Positions 23,871-38,157 of a DNA stretch of 64,000 nt are shown piece after piece. Below the pieces are notes generated by a model. The model made no database searches, was not told the DNA's origin, and was given only the letters and a program-made list of their open reading frames with translations. This stretch comes from Octopus bimaculoides. Lineage: Eukaryota. The position numbers and the translations under genes are program-made. Positions within the stretch are counted from its first letter, which is position 1; every line of letters starts with the position of its first letter. Location: assembly GCF_001194135.2 (NCBI RefSeq), contig NC_068982.1, positions 7,534,755 through 7,598,754 of the forward strand, in the 5' to 3' direction.

Positions 23871-26163
23871 GAAGTAGATGTTAATAATGATGAAGTGTCC
23901 CTCATCCTCCCTGTAACTTTCGATCCACCAACGCCACTTACACATTAGTCTACATCTTTTGTGATAAGAAAATACACTATTACAATATCATGGTTCTTAT
24001 ATACTCTCTAACATATTTCCCTTCAAATGTCTCTCTGTATGCATTTTGTACTGTGTTTGTTTAGAAACTTATTTTCAAGCGTAGAAGTGGTCTTGATGGT
24101 TGTCTGTGATCGTTTCAAAAGAGATGAAGGTCATTAATTAGGAAATGCATTATTTAACCGATCACTGGTGCATAACATTTGGTGATAAATAAGATAATAA
24201 ATGGATTCTAGTATTTGTATGCTTTTTATCAGGCTACGAATAATATCTGCCCAATGATTCTCTCTAGTGAATTCCCAGGTACGAGTTTCTGGCTCTAAAG
24301 CCTTCTTCAATAGGAAATTCTGACGAGAGATAACCCAAAGCACATAGCATTATCTAAACCCAATCAACATCAACGATTGAGTTGCGCTAATGGACCGTAT
24401 GGTCGGATAAAAGAGGAAAAAAAGCAGCATCAGCACCAAGCAGTGACATAGAATAAACGAATTTAAGTTAGTCGAAATATGTTTGTGACATATTTTAAGT
24501 TCTAAAGGCAAATTTACTGCAGTTACCGTAGAGAAAATATATACTCTCTTATGGTAAAGGGTGCAAAAACACTATACCCGCATGGTGTTTTCAATTTTGA
24601 AAGACCAGGAGATAATGTATATGTCTAATGAAGAAAACTTCTATTACATTTCAGTGTTTATATTATAGTTTACATAACGCTTTTCATATTACCTAAGTTA
24701 TATTTATCCTTTTACGTTATTTAGCTTCAAATTATATATGTATCTCTAATACGAACCAAGCAAATATACAACCATTTTGAGTTAAATTCTACATTATTTT
24801 TCCCAGTTGTGCAGCACTTTAGAAACGAAAGGATTAAAAGTTAGAAAGGTTGTTCACTTTTTACTGACGAAGATCTTTGTAACTTTGGGGCATACATAAT
24901 AAAGGAAATCATACATGAAGGAGAATAAATCTTTTCTTACGATTGTTCATAAATATTATTGACATGCGGTACAAGGATTTGCTATCAGTATTCTATCGTA
25001 TATCAGCGTGAATTTTGTTCTCATTTACACATTCGTAAGTTCTCTAGTTTTGTCTTCTTACCATTAGCTCTCTGTAAGGTCCGTTTTATGACTTCTTTTG
25101 AAATGGAATCTTGCAATATAATGCGAAAGAATATCTACCTTCAGAAAAATGCTCTGATTCTATAAAATCCTTCTAATATAAGAGAACTAAAACAATTGTG
25201 TTTAAGAATATATTTCAAACAATGGCTTTCGTTGCGTTTATAATTGCTGTTGATAGTTTCATATGTTATCTGCATTGTTTACTATCGTAAATGTAAGAAG
25301 ATCTATTACAAATTATAATAAAATAAATGGTGCAGCAATAATCTCATTCATCTGCTTCGATCCGCATTCTAAGTTACTTATAGCCGATGGACAACATTTG
25401 TATGCAAGTAGCCATTGAAATATGTTATCGGGCGCACACGTATTCCTGTTTATTTGTGTGCGGTTATGTAGGCGTTTTTATTTATGTAGGCGCGTAAGTG
25501 TTGATCAATTATTAAGCAGTAAATTTATGTTTCCTAGTTTATTTCAAATGATAAGAAATGGTTTAACTACATCCATGGAAACTTTTCCATGCTTTACATT
25601 TCGATTCTATTTACTATTCTAATCGATGGATATCTCTCATTCGTATTTCAGAGAAGGAACTATATCGTTATACATTGTTACAAAAAGTCTTTGTTCTAAT
25701 ACTAAGTAAAGACCTTTAATCATAGTTCTGTAAGCAATTTTCGAATTCATTTCATGTGAAATAGGGGGTTTCGAGGTGCAAAAGAGCGTCGCGGACCACA
25801 GGTTGCTACGGCATGGGAAGTTTTGGGGTACCTGTTTTGCCACACCGGTTTGATTTGAGTTGACGTTTTGTGACATAGGTTGTCTCAGTGTTTCTCTCAT
25901 TCGTTTTACTCTTCCCCCTTCTCTTTTCATTTCTCTAACCCCCTCTCCCTCTCCTCTTTTCTCTACCCTCCTCTCTCTTTCACTAAATATTTTCAAATTC
26001 AAAATGGCTGAAGATTAGCATCATGCTTGATACTCTAGAGTACCAACGAATTTGAAGTTGTGTCTCCTGTTTATATTTGTGCTTTATAATTAAATAAGTG
26101 CATTAACAATTTTATTTACAATTTAAAATATACATACATACACATCACACAATAACGCGCACT

Positions 26164-26201
<38 letters not shown>

Positions 26202-26202
<1 letters not shown>

Positions 26203-27095
26203 AAGGTGGCCCAAAAGTAGGTTTACAGTTATCACGTGGGCACCTTAAATTTCTTTTAAAACCTATTAATATATTTAAAGAAAACAAGACTGCAAAGACC
26301 AAAGCTTCTGCAAAAGCTGAGAGGTGGCACGCGGCTACCAATAGTGTACACAGAGAATACTGTACATAGATGGAAAGTTGTTCTGTGTGCAAGTGTGCTA
26401 ACATCCACACAATGATCGTATATATGCAATTAATAAAGCGAACATTTCTGTAGAACAAATATTATCCTTTCAGTGCCAGAAACCTTCATCCATGATGGTA
26501 TTGACAGGTGTATCCTCAGGTTGCGGGAAAACCCCTCAAATCTTCATTGAAGAGGGCGTAAAAATCAACCAACGTGTCTATTTGGACATGTTAAAGGATA
26601 AAGTAGTCCCTTGGATTACTGCAACAATAAGGGACGAAGGTGTAACTCTGCAACAGGATGGCGCATGCGGCTACAAAATACGACTAAAAAACATCCAAGA
26701 ATGGTGTCGAGAAAATTTCAAGGCGTTCTGGTGGATAGAGTTCTAGCCCCCGCCTTCTTCCCGCGACCTGAATCCGATGGACTTTGGCATACGGTCTATC
26801 CTTGAGAGTAAGGCCTGTGCTAATTCCCATACGTGTCTCAGACGTCTTGAGCACCAATTGCGAAAATACTGGGAGGAAATCTCTGTAGAATCTGTTCGCG
26901 TCACTTGCTCCCAAGTTGTTCCTAGACTCTGGCATGTACTTTCCGCCAAGGGTGAATATATTGAAAAGTAAATATAGCATCTTAATCTACATTTTCTGGG
27001 CTTTATTTGAGCATATTTAAATATGATATATCGTTATGTATCGAGATGTTATTTGAATAAATATATGTCTACACTTCGTCTGATCACCCTGTGTA
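26202..27095 (+). mobile_element. Internally deleted Tc1/mariner element, DD37D (maT/Bmmar1-like)
   Basis: TA-caaggtggcccaaaagt left end. Transposase pieces HNDRIYA, QKPSSMMV..GVSS..KTPQIFIEEGVKINQRVY, QQDGA, DLNPMDF and AKGEYIEK*. The N-terminal domain is missing and the right TIR match is weak. Confidence 0.82.
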
Positions 27096-28348
27096 TAATA
27101 GAAAGCTGATCGAGAACATGTGCAGACATTTTTGTTATAATATATTCGGTTTTTGCAAGATTGAAGTTAATCTATTAAACCACCCAATATCCTACTTCGA
27201 TAATATATTTTTATGTTTATTTAAACTGCAAAATGTGGGATTGGGGCTCTCGAGATTTGTCTATCTATATGGATCCTCTTGTTATTATTGCGTTCCAAAT
27301 ATTTACATCTTGCTACTCTAAAATTTCTGCAGTGAACACTTCAGGATTTTCTCCAGTATTTCTTTGTTCGAGAAACTGTACTTAAAACTTTTTTAGATAT
27401 TTATAGAAAATTCTTTCAGTTTATTGAATGCGGAAATCGCATAAAAAATATACATAGAACTTTTGTGTGTATGGGTATTTATGTATTTATATTTAACACC
27501 TACACGTAGACGAACGTACATAGTTTGAAATAACGACCAATGTAGCTGACACGGAAAGATAAAGAAATGAGCGAATATGCAAAGATTGAAATAAATTCCT
27601 ATTCAAACTTACATACATATATATGCTTAAAGCAAATTGTTCACGCACTGAATTATATTTCAAATCTCATTTTAGTATCACAAATATAATTTAGATATTT
27701 ATATCTTCTTATTTCATTTGCATAGTGAAATATTGATAGCAGTGTGTACGAGGTTGTGTAGCGTTCATTGATAGATGAAGTCTTTTATGTGCAGGAAGGA
27801 TATTAACCTAACTCAGAGCCAACCTTGCAGTAAGCAGTTTTATCCATGCTGATTACAGCATGTCTAAATAAAGTATAGGAAAGGATTATATTCTTTGAAC
27901 TAATAATAGAGAAACTGGTGGCCAAATCCACACTTGTTTTCAGGAACATTGTTGTTGCAGGTTTCACATAGTGGTCATCCCTACTGTTGTATTAATTGAT
28001 AAAGCCGAAAAGAGTTCGAATATAATAATTATATAGTTAGAAGAGGGAAGGAAATGGAAGAGAATAGGATTGAAAACAAACACTATGCCGACTTCAGAAT
28101 GATGAATTAACGGATAAATGCAGTGAGAATTGCATGGAGACCCTTGTAGAGATATACACAAGAATCAAGGGTTAGAAAATTTAAAATGTAGGATGCTTTT
28201 CTTAATCATAATATTTATTTCGGTAATGACATAAATGGATCACGTTGGTCAATAGGAAACAAGAACAAGGCAGTATAGCATAAATGACTTTTAAGCATAG
28301 GTTATAATTATATATGTAAATGTATATATACTTGCATATGTGTATAGT

Positions 28349-28352
<4 letters not shown>

Positions 28353-28395
<43 letters not shown>
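28353..28395 (+). repeat. (GA)n microsatellite
   Basis: Direct reading. Confidence 0.95.
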
Positions 28396-28398
<3 letters not shown>

Positions 28399-30490
28399 AG
28401 GAGAGATGAGAATGTATGTTTGCATAGAGAAGGTCTCTAATCGTGGGTTCGTGAGAGAGGAAGAATGAGTAAAGGGTGTGGGAGAAGTGCCTTTTCATGG
28501 CGGTGCAGTCAGATATAAAGCTCTATAGCAATATGACAATCATTGAAAAAGGTGAGAAGTAGTCATCCGTTTGCTGTGAAGACGGTAGTCCTGACGGCAT
28601 CCTTACATGATCCAACAGGGTTTTGATTTGGTGGAAATAACTGGGTCGATGAGTCAGTATGTTGTATTATCGTTGTGTCTTTATTTTCTGTGTACAACAG
28701 CATGGCAGTCTCTGGTTGGTTATAAATAACGTCAAGGCTTTTGCGGTGGAGAATTGTTCAACAGTTTTCTACCGGAGTCCTCTTGCAGATGAGAATCTGG
28801 ATGGTTGACTATTGAATAGAAGTATTAAAAACATGTAAATATAAACAAATGTTTATGTATAAAAGAGTATGTGTGCGTGTGCGTGTGCGTGTGTTGAATA
28901 CAGGTATCTACGAGAAGGAAACAGAAATACAAAATACCTGAAAAAAAACACTTGAGAAGTAAATGAAATGTCAAATCAATTCAATTAAAACCACAAAATA
29001 AGAAGGCAAGAGAAATAAAAAAAAAAAATGTTTATGATAATGTTTATCTGAATATTTTCAGCTGTCGGTGGAATCGTTCAGAGTGAAAATGATCTAGTTT
29101 TTATTTCAAGTTCAGAACTTGAAATAAAAGTTGGAAATGCCTTGTGTGTAAACTTTACTGTATTAGTTCTTCAGATGATCGAGTGCCTGCTAGGAAATGA
29201 AAAATGGTCACCTGCGTTGTATTTCTTGATATATCGCGAAGATAAATTTTCTGTTTTATAAGAGGCTTACAACTAAGCATTAGTGTTTGCAGTTACTCTA
29301 TCTTGAATTAAAAGCTGGCATTTCACTGGAAACTGGCAAACTACATGCTGGTCAAGGAAGCATTGCATTTTGCTGGGGTGAGTTGCACGTACCTTTTTCG
29401 ATCAGTTGAACGATAGAGAAGCTTATAATGTTCCTGACTTTTCATCATTCACACATCGCCGTTTATTTGTTTGCGATATATGTTAGCATTCAGTGTTTAA
29501 ACTGGTAAATTGCGTTCTGGTTGCGATGAGGTAATTCGAATGTGAATATAACGAGAGAATTATTTGGTGAGGTTGTAACAGTAAAACTTGCTGTGCAAAT
29601 ATTGTTGACAGATTACAGTTCGGTTCTATCCATTATGACTATATCAGAACAGTATTTAGGAAATCAATGGATTCCCATGTTGTCTGGCAATATATATATA
29701 ACCTAAAGGTGAAGGATAAATATAAGACCTCGAATGCGTGTTCATCATTGACATATTTATTCAGTTAATATAAATTAACCACCTATAGAAAGCACAAAGG
29801 CCACTATGAGTGACTGTTAAACAATGGCTAGATTACACATGGATGCCCGTGTATATGTATATACTTGTATATTTATATACGTGTTTATTAAGTCAGAGAG
29901 GGAAAGAGACCGAGAGAAAGATTAGAATGAGAGAGGAGAGATAAGAGCGAAAGAATTGTTACCACGACATTGTGATCGGGTATAAAGCCCTGTCGCACTT
30001 GAGATTTCTACAAAGGAGGAGAAATCACAAGCTATTTATTAAGCTTGACATTATTGGAATAACCGCGTAGATGAGTGAAAGGTATTCATTCCAATCACAG
30101 AAAAAGTATTAGTCTCAAAGAAGCCCATGCATGTCTCATGAGATGGTGAAACTGGTAATGTGAAACTTGTAATGTGTTATACGAACTCACTTTTTGCAAG
30201 TTTTCTTTACTATTTTGTGTAGAATGTCGTGACAGTCACAGGTTAGTAATGAATAGTGACAAAACTTAACGTTCTACATGACCCTGTGCTTTTAAACAAT
30301 GGAGTACAGAACTCTCCACTACAACCTTGTAAAAGTTTGCATAGAATTACAGTTAGTTTCGCCGTAAAATTCGGCCGATGCTTCATTTTAGCCAGAAAAC
30401 TTTGAACTTCATATACAAACGTCGATTTCAAGCGTACAGCCAATTTGTTTTACATAGTCACAATCTCTGAATTGAAACATTTTAGTTCAC

Positions 30491-30947
30491 TATGTGATAA
30501 GAAGATTACTTCCGATCCATACAGTTCCGAGTTCGGTCCCACTCGATGGCACCTTGACGAATGTCTTCTACTATAACCTCGGATCAATCATAGCGTTGTG
30601 AGTGGATTTATTAAAGGGAAACTAACAAAAGCCCGTCACATATATATATGTGTGTGTGTTCGCATGTGTTTGTGTGTGTGTGTGTGTTTGTGTGTGTATG
30701 TGTGTGTGTTTGTGTGTGTGTGTGTGTCTTTGTGCATGTGTTTGTCCCCTACCACTGCTTCACAACCGACGTTGGTTTGTTTACCTCCTTGTAACTTACT
30801 GGTCCTGTAAAAGAGCGCGATATAATAAGTACTAGATTTTAGAACAAATAAGAAGTGCTGGAGTCGATTTGTTCCACTTAAATTCTAGAAGGCGGTGCCC
30901 CAGCATGGCCGCAGTCTAATAACTGAAACAGGTAAAACAGAAAAGAT
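30491..30947 (+). mobile_element. SINE family B, near full length, with internal TG array
   Basis: ggcaccttgacgaatgtcttctactata...gtgagtggattt...(TG)n...ggcggtgccccagcatggccgcagtc. Confidence 0.88.
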
Positions 30948-31509
30948 GAAATTACACCCAGAGACTCAGTCATAAAGATTTTTTTATCCGTTCGTGTACA
31001 CATAGGTGTTAAAAGAGACTATCGTCTACATAAACATTTACTTTATTTACACACTTTCAACAATTTCTTGTTGTGCTGTCTTTGAATAAATTCCAATATA
31101 GAGAAAAGATGGCAGGCAATTAGGCTACTAATGGAAAAAATCTATTTGTGATATATTTAATATTTATGTTTCCAAACTTGTTATTAAATTTCAGGTGTTC
31201 AAACGGATAAAATCTTAATTACTTGATTTCACGTCACAGTAAACAGGAATTGATGTTTCTGAACAGAGTGAGTCTAAAATATTAGATTAGTCAATTTTGT
31301 TTTTACTGGTTTAACTTTCGATTTTGTTCTTTGTTTTTTTCCTTTTTACTGAAATATTTGCAATCGCATGTTAGTTAGGATCTCAATTAGTCAGATATAT
31401 TCGCATGATAAACTTTTGATATGAAAATAAATATCATTGCTTCAAATGTAGAACATAGAGTTATAAGTAATCATAGCTTCAATTCACAGGGAAGATAATC
31501 TGATTACAA

Positions 31510-31850
31510 TGGATTGGTAGTATCGTTAGGGCACCGGCCAAGATGCTTTGTGGTATTCAGCTACGGACCCCAAGTTCCGTACTCAAACTACTCCAACATA
31601 GAATATCATCTTCACGAGATCGATAAAATGATTAAGAGTCAAGAACCTAAAATCGCACAGTTGAAGCTCACTTTTTGTACTGCCCTTGATAAAACCTCTG
31701 TTCACACGCGGAGCGATTGAGTTGGGTCTCCGGTGAGCATTTTCTTTGTTTCTCGCATGGCTAGTGGTAGTATCCAACGAATTCATGGCATGTGGCTCCC
31801 TTTGAGAATACAGAGAATATTGTTGAAGCTGTTCTGAGTATCTCATATGA
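31510..31850 (-). mobile_element. Possible degraded Penelope-like RT fragment
   Basis: MNSLD...LTLNHFIDLVKMIF followed by FEYG in a shifted frame. Weak similarity only. Confidence 0.3.
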
Positions 31851-33096
31851 CGATTTGGAAGGTGATTCAGTTTTCTATGAATGTATACGTTGATGCTTAG
31901 TTATGCAAATGGTTAACAAATCTTATGATATAAATTTAAGCAAAGTGTAACACCCAAAAGGTTTGCTTTTGTCAAGTTCACTTCCACTTCAATCTCAAAG
32001 CCGAATTCGTTGAAAGCCGTTAGATTACTTTACTTAAGGGTATCAGTTGTAATTCATGAGCGACATCGAATCGATAACAGCGTCAAATTCGATAAATCTG
32101 CAGAATTGTTTTGTTTTTTTTTGCGTTAAACATAGCGTCACCATATTACTGTTCCACAGGTCTAAGTTTGTAGATATTTTTTTTACTTCTCCCCTTATTA
32201 TGAGTAGAGTTTACTAGTAAATGATGTTCTCTTCTCTTGTTGCTAGAGTCAACAATTTACATTGGGGTGAGTGGTCGAATTTACTTCTATAGTACTTTAT
32301 CATGATGAACAATTGTAAAGTTTCTTAAATGTAAATTCATCAACTCGTTTCCGATTCTCAAATGATTGATAGTGTATTTGAAACTTTGTCACACAGACAA
32401 TACTTATTGGAGAAATTTCAAGAGAATTGTATGATTTATATTTGGTTATATATAAATACATTAAATTTATGCAATAATATAAGTATATACTTCCATAAAT
32501 AAACATGTATATGAATATTCCGTGAGAAATTCTTATGGTAACTTTATGATGAAATTACAAAATGGCACAAATAAATGAAAATTAGAACGTGGTATATAAA
32601 CAGATGTTATAATAGTGTTATTTTACTGTATGAGTGGAAGTTAATAAGCACAACATACTTTGAAACTATACAATACTTAGGGAACAGACAATTCATGTTG
32701 AACACTGAATGCAGACTACGAAGTACAGGCTTTTGGATGTTGGGTACAGATTCTTGGATATTCAGGAAGTTAGTATATGTTGTTGTTCTTTTGTAGGTGT
32801 TTGGTCCGACAAAAACCGTTTGCAAAATGCATGGTTTATCTGAATGGGGCAGTTCGACCAATCCCTTCCTCGGTACAAAGATTCGAAACAACTAATATGA
32901 TTTATGTCGTTCGACATAGGCCAGCAGGTCAGAAATTGACAAACACACAAACACACACACACACACACGCATATATATATTTATATATATATATATATAC
33001 GACGGGTTTCTTTCAGTTTTCGTCTACCAAATCCTCGAGATGTTTTGTTTTGTATGGGGAGACCACATACAAACACACAAACACACAAACACACAA

Positions 33097-33128
<32 letters not shown>

Positions 33129-33171
33129 TTATATATATATACGACGGGTTTCTTTCAGTTTTCGTCTACCA

Positions 33172-33385
33172 AATCCTCGAGATGTTTTGTTTTGTATGGG
33201 GAGACCACAAGGGGCAGCAGTATTCGAGCTGTGGCCGTACAAAGAGGAGAAAAGTGGAATGATGACACCTTGTTCTCTGGACCGGAAGGTTCTTAAGATC
33301 CAGGAGCTCACCCTACGAGCTATATTGACCTTATTGATGATGTGGTCACTCCAATTGAGATTGTTGTCAACAATTACACCCAGAT

Positions 33386-33390
<5 letters not shown>
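33172..33390 (-). mobile_element. CR1-group LINE RT fragment
   Basis: RDLGVIVDNNLNWSDHI..ILRTFRSREQGVIIPLFSSL, then after a frameshift VRPQLEYCCPLWSPHTKQNISRI. Confidence 0.88.
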
Positions 33391-33425
<35 letters not shown>

Positions 33426-33579
33426 GATGCTGGACGTCACCAACAGTAAAGAACATGAACTACTAAAACAAATGAGTTTAATACGCAAACAACTAAACAA
33501 ATGGAAAACAGGACAGGTAACATAAAGAACGACCATTCATCAATGGTCGACTGTCTACCTACACCTCATTTACATACAT

Positions 33580-33665
33580 ACATACATGTATACAGATAGA
33601 CAGACAGGTAGACAGATAGACAGACAGACAGACAAACAGACAGGTAGGCAGACAGACAGACACAC

Positions 33666-33726
<61 letters not shown>

Positions 33727-33730
33727 CATA
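33580..33730 (+). repeat. (GACA/GATA)n microsatellite; similar (GATA)n array at about 44445-44510
   Basis: Direct reading. Confidence 0.95.
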
Positions 33731-34114
33731 GGAAGCATCATGATTCTGGCAGAATTAAGTACAACCTTACGACTATTCTACCAAAGGAAACAGTCATTTG
33801 TGTTACGGTTGCAATCAAATAACTCAAATATAATTTGATCTTTAAGGGTATACGTATCTTGTAGATATTTCAGCAATATTAAATTTACCTAATGCGCTGT
33901 CATAAGTCGTTATGTTAAAGTAAATATTCGTATTTAATATACGTGGACATGGACAGGAAATTGTACATGTGTAAAGGTATGAATCCCTCCTTCTATCAAA
34001 GAGTTTCTGAAATGTGATTCTCGAAAATATATCGAAACTAAGAATATACAGACAATTTTAATATAAGAGAGATAGGTTACAAGTAATTTATTATTTCCAA
34101 CAGTTTGCTTATTG

Positions 34115-34430
34115 CAATACTGCTGCTGCTTTTTTTGTTGTTGTCAATTGTTGTTGATGAGGATATTGATGTCGTGGTTCTCGTGAAAGTAGTGTTGTTG
34201 TTGTTGCTGTTGTTGTTTTGTTGTTGTTGTTTTGTTGCTGTTGTTGTTTTGTTGTTGTTGTTATTGTTGTTTTGTTGTTGCTGTTGTTTTGTTGTTGTTG
34301 TTGTTGTTGTTGTTGTTCGTGGTGGTGGTGGTGGTGGTGGTGGTCATTGTCGGCGTCGTCCTGTACGTGCTCTTATTGATGATAGTGCTGTTGTTGTTGT
34401 TATTGTTGTCATGGTTGCGGTGCTTGTGAG
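34115..34430 (+). repeat. (GTT)n/(GGT)n trinucleotide low-complexity array
   Basis: Direct reading. It produces spurious poly-V/L/C ORFs. Confidence 0.95.
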
Positions 34431-34855
34431 ATAATTCTTGGAGGTTTTTTTATTTTATTTTTGGTGGTAGTATGTATGGATGAGGGTAACAGTGGTGAAA
34501 ACTTCCTCCAGAATGGATTATGCCAAATTCTCCAAGAAGCCAAGTGGTGATGTTAGATCAAGTTTCGGATACATTTTATTGTATTGTGCCAGATATCCAG
34601 TTCTGGTGAGAAAAGCATGGTGACCTTAAGTGGGACGTCTTTGATGCTAATCCGTCCGCTCACTCAGATCAAAGCGAGACTACAAAGAAATGCAACTGAT
34701 TTCGAAATGCAAATCACCCTCGATGCGTTTCGGAAGAATCATTTAAATGTGCGTTTTGCTTTTTCATTCTTCATAGCACAATGATTAGTAGGCAGCATTT
34801 AATCTCCTAGCAGCTAGCTAGTATTTTGGTATAACTATCTTTAATATCATTTACA

Positions 34856-35030
34856 TAGGTGCAGGGGTGGTTGTGTGGTAAGACGTTCGCTTCCCAACCG
34901 CTTGGTTCCAGATTCAGTCCCACGGCGTGACACCTTGGACAAACGCCTTTTACTGTAGCCTCGGGCTGACCAAGGCGTGCTTGTGAGAGGATTTGCTAAA
35001 CAGAAACTGAAAGAAGCCCGTAATATATAC
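34856..35030 (+). mobile_element. SINE family B, 5' half
   Basis: taggtgcaggggtggttgtgtggtaag...cagattcagtccc...gaaactgaaagaagcccgt. Confidence 0.88.
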
Positions 35031-35114
35031 ATGGAAGTAATATTTATAGTCACATCAATATGGCTGTTTTGACGTTACAGCCGTTTTCAACCTCAGGAAG
35101 ACCCTCCTCCGGCT

Positions 35115-35330
35115 GGTTATCGATGCAATCTTCACCCGGTATATATCGCAAGAAGGGGAGCGAACCCTCACCATCAAGCAGACGACGGGATCATCAGACC
35201 CACCGGTTTCAGGCTATTTGTGACCATCGCCAGTGGTGAACACCCTTTCGCTAGAGATAGCAGGAATTCGCTCCAGCTTGCAATATATAGAAAACCAATC
35301 AATAATCAGTCTCTGATCTTGCAACAAGCA
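35115..35330 (+). mobile_element. Possible Penelope GIY-YIG endonuclease remnant
   Basis: YRCNLHPVYI then GERTLTI in a shifted frame resembles YCI.C..C..YIGETGRTL. Degraded. Confidence 0.3.
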
Positions 35331-35591
35331 AAGTAGCAAAGTCAAAGATAAAAAAACTGGCAACATTTCTCCCTACAAGATTTTATCATAGTCCTGATTT
35401 CTGCATTTTACAATTCTAAATTCAATAACGTGTATCTTTGAACAGATATCTTTCAACATTATTATTACAGAATCTCTACTCTGGTTATGAACAACACAAA
35501 AATATAAAATCAAGTTTGGATATTCCAACAAATTCTACACATCACAGGCATTGGTGATCTCTACTGTTGATATTACTTTCACAACAAGATT

Positions 35592-35808
35592 GTGGCGAAC
35601 GGTCAGGATCGTTTACACGCCAGGCAAAATGCCCAGCAGCACTTTGTCCGTCTTTATATTCTGAGTTAAAGTTCCACCGAAGTCGACTTTACCTTTCAGC
35701 TTTTCCAGATCGATAAAAAAAAGTCTCTGTAGAGCACTGGGATCGATGTAATCGAATAACCACCTTTCTCCCGAAATTACTAGCCTTTTCACTAAATTTC
35801 AAACCGAT
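35592..35808 (+). mobile_element. SINE family A, subfamily A2 tail, diverged
   Basis: gtcgactttacctttcag...gagcactgggatcgatgtaatcga...ccgaaattactagcctt. Confidence 0.8.
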
Positions 35809-36239
35809 GTTAATTTCATAACATAGCAAACGACTGATTTCTTTAGAGCCAGAAAATTAAGACAGTTCCCCATAATTCTTAACTACCTACAAAGTTCGAA
35901 AAACACTCAGCGAAAATTTTTGCACAATTTAATACAAATAACGAACATTTTCGGGGGAGTGATTAGCATGGAGCCACAACCAACACACTGGAATTTCAGC
36001 CCTTTAAAGAAATTTGTTTTGCCATTTACACTACTACATTCGTCTTTCCTTCTTGAAACAGGCTGGTCTCAGTTACTTACACACAATGCTATAAATATTA
36101 CTGGGTTTTTTCTCTTATCACCAATATAGTATCTTCCAGGCATTGCGATAACGACTGTCCCTGTACTCTTTCGGCATAATAGCAATCATTAGGAATTTAT
36201 TAACTTCACGCGTTTAACCTCAGGAATAGCAATACACAC

Positions 36240-36395
36240 ATGCATACATACATACATACATACATACATACATACACACACACATACATACATACATACA
36301 TACATACATACATACATACGTACATACATTCACACACACACATACATACATACATACATACATACATACATACATACATACATACATACATACAT
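36240..36395 (+). repeat. (CATA)n microsatellite running into a gap
   Basis: Direct reading. Confidence 0.95.
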
Positions 36396-37029
36396 NNNNN
36401 NNNNNNNNNNNNNNNNNNNNNNNNNNNNNNNNNNNNNNNNNNNNNNNNNNNNNNNNNNNNNNNNNNNNNNNNNNNNNNNNNNNNNNNNNNNNNNNNNNNN
36501 NNNNNNNNNNNNNNNNNNNNNNNNNNNNNNNNNNNNNNNNNNNNNNNNNNNNNNNNNNNNNNNNNNNNNNNNNNNNNNNNNNNNNNNNNNNNNNNNNNNN
36601 NNNNNNNNNNNNNNNNNNNNNNNNNNNNNNNNNNNNNNNNNNNNNNNNNNNNNNNNNNNNNNNNNNNNNNNNNNNNNNNNNNNNNNNNNNNNNNNNNNNN
36701 NNNNNNNNNNNNNNNNNNNNNNNNNNNNNNNNNNNNNNNNNNNNNNNNNNNNNNNNNNNNNNNNNNNNNNNNNNNNNNNNNNNNNNNNNNNNNNNNNNNN
36801 NNNNNNNNNNNNNNNNNNNNNNNNNNNNNNNNNNNNNNNNNNNNNNNNNNNNNNNNNNNNNNNNNNNNNNNNNNNNNNNNNNNNNNNNNNNNNNNNNNNN
36901 NNNNNNNNNNNNNNGGCTTTCTTACCTGAGAGAAGGCATGGATAGAAATCACTCAGTATACAGAAAAAGCCCGGAGGCTTGAAGAAGACAGTAGAATTGA
37001 CACGAAGCGCAACTGCTCTTGACCACAAG

Positions 37030-37420
37030 ACCACTACTTCACATCACACTTTGAAGGTTTGCAATCCAGGAACAGGAGATTGTCACAAAGTACCTGGTGA
37101 ACAAGAGAGACAGTGACACTCTTGTAATACCACGGTGCGACTGCATGTGTAGGCTATGTCATGTTTCTGTGGAAGACACCACGCATGTGATTAGCAGCTG
37201 TTCTAAAATGTCATCACGGTACTACCTCCCTATGTAGCACGATGTTGTTGCTAAAACAATTTAGAATGCCATCCTCGAAAAAGACTGTCCTGACATAAAC
37301 TTTGAAAATCCCTCTGCTATGGAATACATTCATAAACACTAACTCAAGGAATACTGGTGGAATATTCCCATCAAAAATTCTGTCAAATGAAAGTATAACA
37401 GGCCGGATATTGTGTTATAA
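37030..37420 (+). mobile_element. R4/Dong-like LINE fragment: CCHC finger plus restriction-like endonuclease motif
   Basis: AIQEQEIVTKYL...CRLCHVSVEDTTHVISSC...HDVVAKTI...YWWNIPIK...NRPDIV, with in-frame stops. Confidence 0.78.
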
Positions 37421-38157
37421 TTATGTAGGATACTGTTAATGAAGTTCAGGTGATTAATCTCATCTAAGGCTCTAGCTAAATCATAATGAAATAACTTTTG
37501 TGTTTTTTTTTTCGGAAGACCTTGAAGTCAGCAGTGCATACCATTAAAACGGTTGTTCATGTTATTAGCCGATTTAGTTAAAATTCAAGATAAATATTTA
37601 AGCCACACCGCTTAAAGTTGGACATTGTGCTGTGGAAATACTGTGATGCATTATATAACCTCATTACTTGTATATTTTTTGTGAAGTCTTTACCATGGAG
37701 TATAAAACGTACATATTCCAGCGAAATATTGTAATTATTTCCTTAATTAGAACTATTAGCCAGCAATTGAATCATTAGTTGAAACTTAAACAGATTAAAT
37801 TATCTAGCCCTGCAATCAGAAATGCGACATCTTCTCGTTTAGTGTTTTATGACACTTAAAGTTTCAGTAACGGATGGAGACAACTTTGGATAGTCTCATA
37901 GATAAAACAATTACATAATCTTCAGCGCATAAGTTTTAAAGATATTCACGGTAACGAATGGAATACGCATATGACTTAGTGAACTATTCGGTTGTCATTA
38001 TTAGAATTTGAAGAACTCAACAGTGAAAATAAATGAAATACTCATCAATGATACACTACTCCCACTTTCATCGTATACACCAACTGAATAAACTTGAACT
38101 GAGGTAGTAGCAGTAAAATATTTTTTTATTATTATTATTATTATTATAGATAACTGT

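Noticed and set aside
35045-35105. Hammerhead-like arrangement on the minus strand (ctga...aaaac ggctgt/acagcc)
   Set aside because: The catalytic core and stem II are not intact, and the orientation is opposite to the adjacent GIY-YIG-like fragment.
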